A DNA stretch of 52,224 bases. It comes from Candidatus Omnitrophota bacterium. Lineage in GTDB: Bacteria > Omnitrophota > Gorgyraeia > VGKN01. The notes under the pieces are model-generated. The model worked only from the letters and a program-made list of their open reading frames with translations. It searched no databases and was not told where the DNA came from. Made by a program: the position numbers and the translations under genes. Below, one piece after another: positions 45,406 to 52,224 of this stretch. The stretch is from NCBI GenBank assembly GCA_020052955.1, contig JAGVOB010000137.1:1-52224 (forward strand), given 5' to 3'. Position 1 is the first letter of the stretch, and each line of letters starts with the position of its first letter.

Positions 45406-46572
45406 TTACGAATAAGATTTAAGTCTTTTATCGTCGGTGTCTTTCCTGATTATTGGTTTCCTGTCCATTGATGCGACGCCGGTCAACTGAGCTTTCGTAA
45501 TCTTTATACCATATTCTTTCTGAAGCGCCTCAACCAGGGCGTCCTGTTCGGCATGGGCTTTATCCTCATTATCTGCAATACCACTAAACTGGATCTTCAA
45601 CCTGCCATCCAAGTTATATTCCATTGTTACCGTGGCCCCTGAAATGTGTTTGCCTGTAATAATTACTGCCCCTTTAGGATTGGCTTTATCGATTGATTGA
45701 ACGGATATATTAGCCCAGCCTCCGATGTAGGCTAATGCCTTTACCAAACCGGTGACTCCATATTTGCGACTTGTATCCTGTTTGGTGTATTCAAACGCCG
45801 TTTGGTCAATCTCTTTTAACAGGCTAGAAATCTGTCTGGATGTTTCAATAGCTGTTTTGAGGTTACCTCTTGATAATGCTTCCTGGGCCTGTATAATTTT
45901 CCCTTCAGCCGCCTTTAACTCTGATTTCTGCCATTTCTGAACAATTGGTCCAGAGATAATCTGATATAATGCGTTGGCGTTGTCGATTTCTCGTTGTGCC
46001 TCGTCTTTCTTGCGTTCCTGTACCTCTTTTGAGCGCTCGAGTTCGTTTGATACCAATAGCTGTTGTAATTCGTTAGTCGTTTGCCTTAACGATGCGTTTT
46101 CCTGAGACATCTTCTTGACGGATTGAGACAATGCCAAGGCTTGTTCAATTGTTTTTTGAACCTCTTTCTTTTTGATCTCCAGCTCTTCTTTTAACCGGTC
46201 GCGCTCATCGTCCGCCAGCGAACGTTGAAGCCCACTAGTCCTTAATGCACTCTCCCGGGATGTCCTCGTGACGATTTCTTGCTGGTTCGAGATAGGTAAG
46301 GTTTGCTTTTCCAGTGACGCCGAGAGTTTTTTTAGGGCAGACTCCTTTTGAGCCAGCGCAAGTTTTTCCCTTTCCTCACGTTGCCTAACCCTTTCTGTTT
46401 CCTTGTCATCGAGATCTTTTTGAGCTGATGCTTCCCGTGCCTTTTTGTCTGGAAGTTCTTTCGTAATAATAGCCGAGTAGTCTTTATTAATGGATGACAG
46501 GGCACTTGGCGCAAAATCAATCCAGCGCCATCCTTCATACCTTCCCGCTCCTATCCTTATAAAACACGGCAT
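45406..46572 (-). CDS. Coiled-coil protein with a globular C-terminal domain (start re-set to MPCFIRIG)
   Basis: The track's TTG start lies inside the SD AAAGGAGG; the ATG at 46572-46570 follows it. A long charged heptad region precedes a ~110-aa C-terminal domain. Confidence 0.5.
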   Translation of the reverse strand: MPCFIRIGAGRYEGWRWIDFAPSALSSINKDYSAIITKELPDKKAREASAQKDLDDKETERVRQREEREKLALAQKESALKKLSASLEKQTLPISNQQEIVTRTSRESALRTSGLQRSLADDERDRLKEELEIKKKEVQKTIEQALALSQSVKKMSQENASLRQTTNELQQLLVSNELERSKEVQERKKDEAQREIDNANALYQIISGPIVQKWQKSELKAAEGKIIQAQEALSRGNLKTAIETSRQISSLLKEIDQTAFEYTKQDTSRKYGVTGLVKALAYIGGWANISVQSIDKANPKGAVIITGKHISGATVTMEYNLDGRLKIQFSGIADNEDKAHAEQDALVEALQKEYGIKITKAQLTGVASMDRKPIIRKDTDDKRLKSYS

Positions 46573-46599
46573 AAAACCTCCTTTCAAATCTCTAAATCC

Positions 46600-47913
46600 T
46601 TAAGAGACCGTTTTGACTAGTTGTAGCAGCTCCTGCGTGCGCCTCATAATCTCATTAGTTTTTTTATCTTTATCTTTAAGAGCTTCTAAACTTTGCCGAA
46701 TAATTCCTAACTTCCGCTCTCTTAGAACGGTATCTTTGCTTGCCTGTTGAAGGGCTTGCTCAAGATTCGTAATTTCCTGCTCGATATCCTGTTTTTTAGC
46801 CTGTTCCAGAGATAATTCTTGTTGCAGTTTTGGTATCTGTTTTGTGAGTTGCTGCGCCTCTTTTTTAAGATTGACATTTTCCTGTTGGATCTGGGACAAA
46901 CTGGTCGACTTCTGTTGAAGTATCCTTTTAAATTCATTGTTTTGATCTACGGATTCTTTAACTTGGGTCTCAAGTGTAGTTACAGATTCCTTTAGCCCTG
47001 AATGTTCAACTCTGAGCGGCTCAACCAGTGGTAAAAGCCGGAAGTTTTCTGCTTTTAACTCTTGGCATTTCTTCTGAAGTGAGGTAAGTTCTTCCTGAAG
47101 CTCTGTGGGATTAGGTTCGGTAGCAATGATTTCCCTACACTTTTTAATATCTGCTTTTAGCGGCTTATTCTTGGTTATTATTTCTGATTCTTCCTTTTTG
47201 AGTTCAGCAAACGTTTTACTCGATTCTTCGTATTCCATCTGTAATTGCTCGTAACTTGCTTTAATCAGAATAGATTGTGACTTTGTGGTAGTCAGTTCTA
47301 GTTGCAGATTTTCAATTGTCTTTTGTTTTTCTATTATCGCTTTTTTGAGGACATTAAGTTTGGATAATTCATTCTCAGCTAGTTTTTTAAAATCTTTCGC
47401 GGCTTTCTCTAATTCCGTTGTTTTCAACAGCTTATTGTTATAGTCCTGCTTCAATTGCTGGAGGTCCTGTGTAGCTTTTTCACATGTTTCGTTAACTGTG
47501 TTCAACGAGACTACTAATTGGTCTTTTTGCTTAATGAGCGAGTCTGTTTCAGCAATTTGGATATTGAGTTTTTCTTTTTTATCAATAACAGTATCTTGGA
47601 GTTTTTTATGTAGTTCAGAGAATTTTCTTTTTAGATATTCATAATCCCTTAATTTCCAATCTCTGATTACTCCTAGTATAGTCCTCCATAACCTAATCGT
47701 TCCCCAGCAGAATAAAGAGACCGATAGCAGTATAAAAAAGATTTGGATAACTAGTTGCGAATAATTAAATGACCATAATCCCGCCAGATCATGGGTCATT
47801 TTCATGCAGAAGATAACAATGTTTGCTCCATTGATTGAGATTATCACGATGTTGAACACTACAAACCAAAGTTTTCGAAACATATCCTTTTCTCCTTTCT
47901 TCAGATTTACCAT
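46600..47913 (-). CDS. Membrane-anchored (2 TM) long coiled-coil protein
   Basis: Start MVNLKK behind AGGAGA (alternative MFRKLW at 47883 behind AAGGAG). TM segments are FVVFNIVIISINGANIVIF and IQIFFILLSVSLFCWG, followed by ~330 aa of coiled coil. Confidence 0.5.
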   Translation of the reverse strand: MVNLKKGEKDMFRKLWFVVFNIVIISINGANIVIFCMKMTHDLAGLWSFNYSQLVIQIFFILLSVSLFCWGTIRLWRTILGVIRDWKLRDYEYLKRKFSELHKKLQDTVIDKKEKLNIQIAETDSLIKQKDQLVVSLNTVNETCEKATQDLQQLKQDYNNKLLKTTELEKAAKDFKKLAENELSKLNVLKKAIIEKQKTIENLQLELTTTKSQSILIKASYEQLQMEYEESSKTFAELKKEESEIITKNKPLKADIKKCREIIATEPNPTELQEELTSLQKKCQELKAENFRLLPLVEPLRVEHSGLKESVTTLETQVKESVDQNNEFKRILQQKSTSLSQIQQENVNLKKEAQQLTKQIPKLQQELSLEQAKKQDIEQEITNLEQALQQASKDTVLRERKLGIIRQSLEALKDKDKKTNEIMRRTQELLQLVKTVS

Positions 47914-48320
47914 TTCTCCTGAGAAGACGGTAACTGATCTTTCGGAACATTTTTCTTGTCGACATATATTTGAAGGATTATTAACCCGCAGGCAAGCAAG
48001 ACTGCCAATCGGAAGACCAGGAGAAGTTCTCGGCAAATACATATATTAACCAATGAAACTTCCGATACGACCATTGTAAATAGGGCCAGGTAGATCCCAA
48101 TAATGATAGGATTTAGATATCTCCAGGGTACGATCAGTTTTTGTTTATTCCAGACAAGACTGACCTGATAGATGGCTATAACTATTAATATGAGATAAGT
48201 TACCAACATGAAATTGGCGGGAACGCCCACAACATGCAAATATTGAGATCGCGACTCAACCCAAATCCCAAAAAGGATTGCCCAACCGACTAAACTGATT
48301 AACCGAATAATCCTGTCCAT
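47907..48320 (-). CDS. Small polytopic membrane protein (about 4 TM)
   Basis: 137-aa hydrophobic ORF. It overlaps the next gene's start by 7 nt. Confidence 0.5.
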   Translation of the reverse strand: MDRIIRLISLVGWAILFGIWVESRSQYLHVVGVPANFMLVTYLILIVIAIYQVSLVWNKQKLIVPWRYLNPIIIGIYLALFTMVVSEVSLVNICICRELLLVFRLAVLLACGLIILQIYVDKKNVPKDQLPSSQEKW

Positions 48321-48408
48321 TTTATTAGTCTCCTTTCATATTGTTCTCATTTTTACTATTGGATTGTTTATCTGAGTAATTAACTGCAACATCGTTATAG
48401 AGTTTAAA

Positions 48409-48609
48409 TTATTTTTGAATCAGATTCCGGATAATATCGTTATCTCTAAGTTCGCTGGGTTGTATGTAGAACCACCGTTTGTCTCGCTTCACGAGTAGCA
48501 GCTCTCCTGTTTTCAAGAGCCTTTTAGTAGCTTCGTTAATGCTTTCCAAATTATCTAAACCTTTGTTCTTCAATATCTGAGAAAATGCTGAACTTGTGTA
48601 CGGCATCAA
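48409..48609 (-). CDS. Small hypothetical (possible winged-helix) protein
   Basis: 66-aa ORF upstream of and co-oriented with the operon. Confidence 0.3.
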   Translation of the reverse strand: MMPYTSSAFSQILKNKGLDNLESINEATKRLLKTGELLLVKRDKRWFYIQPSELRDNDIIRNLIQK

Positions 48610-48631
48610 AATCTCCTTTCTTAATTACGAT

Positions 48632-48859
48632 TTATTTATTAGTACCTTTCACTCGGTTCATATTGCCTAAATTTTCTTTTCTTCGTATAGAGCCAGTTAC
48701 TAACGGAATATTATCAGTCGTTTTAATGGTTTTTTGATTGTTAACTGGACGATTCAATACTTCGTTAAACAATTTAATAATCTGCGCAGTAGAGAATTCT
48801 TCTCTCCACCGCTCAATGCGCTTGAATTTGTATATTATTTTATAACTACTATGTATCAT
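48632..48859 (-). CDS. Small hypothetical protein
   Basis: 75-aa basic ORF. No motif recognised. Confidence 0.25.
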   Translation of the reverse strand: MIHSSYKIIYKFKRIERWREEFSTAQIIKLFNEVLNRPVNNQKTIKTTDNIPLVTGSIRRKENLGNMNRVKGTNK

Positions 48860-49017
48860 GTTGTTGCTTAATTAATCTATACACGAACAGCAGCTTAAAT
48901 TTACTTGAAAAAACCATTTTAATCATATACATCTAAGTAAGCCCCCGCGGGCATGACTGTACTAATAACATATACCGAGGTTCCCCAATAGACTCATTGG
49001 GAAAAGGGAAAATATTT

Positions 49018-51927
49018 ATGTTGAGTGATATGGAATCACAAGGTTCTGGTGAACCATTGTCTTTGCCAGACATTTTAAAACAAGGCGAAGAGTTTCGCGA
49101 TGCTTATAGCCAAATTACTCGACGATGGAAAACCACAAAGTTTTTAAAAGATGTATTCAATAAAGCTAAAATTACTATTTTTTTAAAAGCTGAAATCTTT
49201 AACGGGTTGCAGAATGTCAACAAAATAGTATTTGGATGGGCTAATGAAGAAAAAACGATAAGTGTCCCGTCATCCGCTGTCCAATCAAATATTATATATC
49301 TTATTGTTTTAGCCACTCTTAAAGTTAAGTATGATCGCTTGCGGAATTGCTCTACTACAGGTCTTCTATGTAATAAGGATATCGAAGTGCTTGAAAAAGT
49401 CTTAATCAAAAAAACACACAGAATCAATCTATTAAAATACCCCTTAAAAAATATTTATACTCCCTGGAATGAGTTTGGAAAGAACCGGAAACTTACTCGG
49501 GCACCCAGTCTTAATAGTCTAAAGAAATCTTATTTTCAGCCAACGAAATGCCCAAAAGATGCGTTTTTATGTTATGTGAAAACTACTACGCCCAACCAAA
49601 CTCTTTGCCTTTTTAATGTTCATCCCGAGAATATTAGCCTTTATAGCCCATACGGCGATACGCAGATGAATATACCAGCAATCCAATCTGCGATCAACCC
49701 GTTTTTTGATGAACTCTGTCTCAAAGCTTATGCAACATCAGATAAAAGTTCAATTAAAACGGCTCAATCTGCGGAAGAAGAATACAAAAAAGGTTTATTG
49801 AGAAAATATCGCACAGATATACCTACAACATCTCTTGAAAAATATACAGAAGCATTTATACAGGTTGTTAAGAAAAGCATTGCCACAAGCCTGAAAACAG
49901 AAAGCATTAAAAAATCTTCTGAACTCGCTTCTTGGGAAATAACTAATGTATTAAAAGAAAGAGATAAAGGCGAGTTAGATTTATTAAAGCCTGGGGGGCC
50001 AAGTTGGGAAGATTTCATCAGGTCAGATAGCTATATTTATGAAAGACCGGAGGTATATCAAGTAATCAATCTGCTTAAAAAAGGCGTAACTAAATGCTTA
50101 ATAGAAGGTGATGCTGCTTCTGGGAAAAGCACTATTTTAAAAAATATAGGTGTCACGCTTCGTAAAAATAAAACTGTATATTATGTTAACCTAAAAACTG
50201 GTATATTTCCAGACGTTAAATTACTTGATAAATTAACAGAAGATAATTATCTGCTAATAGATGACCTTCACCTCAATAGGACCTACGTTGAATCAATACT
50301 TCAAAACTCAAATATCACCTGCAAAATAATATTATCTTCAAGACCAATCCAAATATCAATATTCTCGGAAAAATATCCTCGGCTTTTAGAGCTATCGGAC
50401 AGGAAAGTTATAGTTAAATCTTCACACGAAACCATGGGAAACATAATAAAAAAAGCATATGGGAAAAATATTGCGTCAAGAACAACAACTATAGATAGAG
50501 GAAATGTTGTTTCTGCTCTTAATACTGAGATTGCAAAACTAACTAACAATTTAGTAAAGAGCACAAACGATCTCTGGCTACTAATTTTTGCTATCGCCGC
50601 CAAGGAAAACACTCACAAACTTACCATTGAGCAGCTAATAAAAAGTTATTTTTTTGATAGATTAATGTCTGATTATAATATTAGTGCCCCGGCAAAAATT
50701 ATACTCCCTCTTGCCGTGTTTAGCTTTTTTGAAATCCCAATGAGACAAGATTTTTTGATAGAGCGTTTGAAAGTATCGCCCAATGAAATTGATATTCTTG
50801 CAAAGACTCAAGAAATTTTATTACACAATGGCTATATTAGTTTGCATCATCGTTCGATAGCTGGTGCAATATTATTCTCATCAAGATCTTCGATTTTTAA
50901 AGATGAATTACACGATTTATTTCGTTGCTGTGCCTGTAAGCAAGGCAATGAAAAATTGGTTCATATAATTTTTTCTGAATATCTATCTCATTATCCCAGT
51001 GATTTCTGGAATATTTTTCGTAAGATAATAGATGAAGGCCTTAGCGAAGCCTCCGTTTCGAATGAAGTATCAAGAGATGTGTACGAGTATTTTTTGCTGT
51101 ATAAAAAAAATGACATCACAATGAATCTTCGTACTGAAACATCACTAACAAATCTTTTTCAAATTTCTTATAATTTATCTTACGTATGTGAAGACAAGGA
51201 ACTTTCAGAAGCCGTGAAGAAAAATACAAAAAGCCTGATTAATGCCTTCGAAAAAATGCCTCTTCTTATAAAGGGCAGACCTCTAGATTTCGATGTCTTG
51301 TTATTATTAAGTTATATTTTTCGAATTGGATTACCCAAAAACTATGCTAAAATATTAAACTGTGTTGCCGATAAAATAAACACTGGTGATATTATTTATA
51401 ACATAAACATTAGTGGTATTTCTTCTGACGAATGTACCGTTGGCATTGCCCAATTTTTCATGGCACTAGCCAAATGGAATTCAAGTAAAATAATTAGAGC
51501 GTTTATTTCTAAATTAAATAATAAATCTATCGTGACTATAATTATGTCAAACGAATATCAACCACCTCATGATTTTTTTACCATTGTAAGCAATCTTATG
51601 GAAATAGATAAAACTAAAGCTAGGGTTATTATTCATCAGATTCCTATAGAATGGTTAAGAATGGCGTACAAGGGTCAATTCATGTTTTTTGGTCCTACCA
51701 AAATCGTAGTCCCCATTTTTTTTGATAACATTAAAATCGCCTATGCATTAGATCCAGACATATTAAAAGATGTTTTTAATAACCTAGATGATCAGAGTCG
51801 TAAACATGTTTTTACTATGCTAAATACTTCCATGGTTGAGTTCAGAAAATATCCTAAAATGTTTGAAAAAGAAAACCTTTCTATCGCAAAAAAAGTAATG
51901 CATTTAATGAAACACAAATCTTTGTAA
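49018..51927 (+). CDS. Large STAND/NACHT-like P-loop NTPase without a recognisable effector domain
   Basis: ATG re-set (the track's TTG is at 48997). Walker A LIEGDAASGKSTILKN; Walker B NYLLIDDLHL. The flanking regions are long and helical. Confidence 0.6.
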   Translation: MLSDMESQGSGEPLSLPDILKQGEEFRDAYSQITRRWKTTKFLKDVFNKAKITIFLKAEIFNGLQNVNKIVFGWANEEKTISVPSSAVQSNIIYLIVLATLKVKYDRLRNCSTTGLLCNKDIEVLEKVLIKKTHRINLLKYPLKNIYTPWNEFGKNRKLTRAPSLNSLKKSYFQPTKCPKDAFLCYVKTTTPNQTLCLFNVHPENISLYSPYGDTQMNIPAIQSAINPFFDELCLKAYATSDKSSIKTAQSAEEEYKKGLLRKYRTDIPTTSLEKYTEAFIQVVKKSIATSLKTESIKKSSELASWEITNVLKERDKGELDLLKPGGPSWEDFIRSDSYIYERPEVYQVINLLKKGVTKCLIEGDAASGKSTILKNIGVTLRKNKTVYYVNLKTGIFPDVKLLDKLTEDNYLLIDDLHLNRTYVESILQNSNITCKIILSSRPIQISIFSEKYPRLLELSDRKVIVKSSHETMGNIIKKAYGKNIASRTTTIDRGNVVSALNTEIAKLTNNLVKSTNDLWLLIFAIAAKENTHKLTIEQLIKSYFFDRLMSDYNISAPAKIILPLAVFSFFEIPMRQDFLIERLKVSPNEIDILAKTQEILLHNGYISLHHRSIAGAILFSSRSSIFKDELHDLFRCCACKQGNEKLVHIIFSEYLSHYPSDFWNIFRKIIDEGLSEASVSNEVSRDVYEYFLLYKKNDITMNLRTETSLTNLFQISYNLSYVCEDKELSEAVKKNTKSLINAFEKMPLLIKGRPLDFDVLLLLSYIFRIGLPKNYAKILNCVADKINTGDIIYNINISGISSDECTVGIAQFFMALAKWNSSKIIRAFISKLNNKSIVTIIMSNEYQPPHDFFTIVSNLMEIDKTKARVIIHQIPIEWLRMAYKGQFMFFGPTKIVVPIFFDNIKIAYALDPDILKDVFNNLDDQSRKHVFTMLNTSMVEFRKYPKMFEKENLSIAKKVMHLMKHKSL

Positions 51928-51994
51928 TCAGCGCTGATTTCTCAGTGGCGACATTTTCCTTTAAATTACACTTGTACTCTTATCCACTTCCTTA

Positions 51995-52224
51995 TCAGCC
52001 TAAAACATATTTCAATTTAGGAAAGATGTTAGATAAACGCCTCGCATAATTCTTTCTTGGTTCCTTGACCCTACCCACCTCCCAATTTATAATAGTCATC
52101 TCGTCGACACCGATTTGTTCGGCCAGTTGCTTGATTTGTAGCCCTGAATCCATTCGGCATTTGCGAATATGCTCGCCCAAGGTTTGAGGGTTTTCAGGGT
52201 AACCTTTAGGTTTTCTTTGAGGTC
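51995..52224 (-). CDS. XRE-family HTH regulator; the 5' end leaves the window
   Basis: LGEHIRKCRMDSGLQIKQLAEQIGVDEMTIINWEVGR. The frame stays open upstream of the track's TTG (…KPKGYPENPQT) to the window edge. Confidence 0.65.
   Translation of the reverse strand, partial: PQRKPKGYPENPQTLGEHIRKCRMDSGLQIKQLAEQIGVDEMTIINWEVGRVKEPRKNYARRLSNIFPKLKYVLG

Noticed and set aside
46573-49017. Track start codons at 46587 (TTG), 48042 (ATG) and 48997 (TTG)
   Set aside because: The TTG at 46587 lies inside the SD of the downstream ATG. The start at 48042 would overlap the whole 3' part of the 137-aa membrane-protein gene. The TTG at 48997 precedes an ATG at 49018.
1-52224. Search by eye for CRISPR arrays, tRNA/rRNA genes and IS/transposase genes
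   Set aside because: I saw no regularly spaced direct repeats, no tRNA-like T-arm/acceptor patterns next to either recombinase, and no DDE/HUH transposase motifs. tRNAscan, Infernal and CRISPR finders should confirm this.

Overview
This is an AT-rich bacterial accessory region with SD-led, translationally coupled operons and lipobox signal peptides. I recognise no rRNA, tRNA or CRISPR array. It reads as three blocks.

(1) 1-21 kb is a defence island. It holds a giant Mrr-STAND (Avs-like) NTPase coupled to a nuclease-tagged dynamin-like GTPase that the ORF track misses because it runs off the left edge. Next come a coiled-coil protein plus a HerA-like ATPase-nuclease fusion, and a tyrosine-integrase module with an RHH protein and an untracked 55-aa histone-fold-like ORF. 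The block continues with an sce7726/beta-protein (sce7725) pair beside HigB and a HigA-ImmA fusion, a secreted PLD/Nuc nuclease, and a type III R-M system (Mod+Res).

(2) 21-26.7 kb holds a small tyrosine recombinase, a 12-bp perfect inverted repeat, two paralogous YVTN/FN3 repeat lipoproteins and a lone receiver domain.

(3) 26.7-52 kb is a compositional mosaic with plasmid/ICE flavour. The most interesting locus is at 26.7-31.7 kb. There a retron-type reverse transcriptase and a 376-nt inverted-repeat-bounded structured non-coding segment sit inside a complete ubiquitin-like conjugation operon (E2-like, JAB, E1, Ubl, RadC-JAB). Transcribed divergently from it is a second, E2/JAB-less module made of a 705-aa protein, an E1, a Ubl ending in Gly-Gly and a P-loop ATPase.

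Further right lies a tightly packed eight-gene operon: membrane and coiled-coil proteins, a Cdc48-like AAA+, an interrupted EndoIV-like TIM barrel, a Replic_Relax wHTH, an FtsK/HerA-like ATPase and a 190-aa protein. The window ends with an orphan STAND-like NTPase and a partial XRE regulator.

All family calls come from motif reading by eye. No database search was run.
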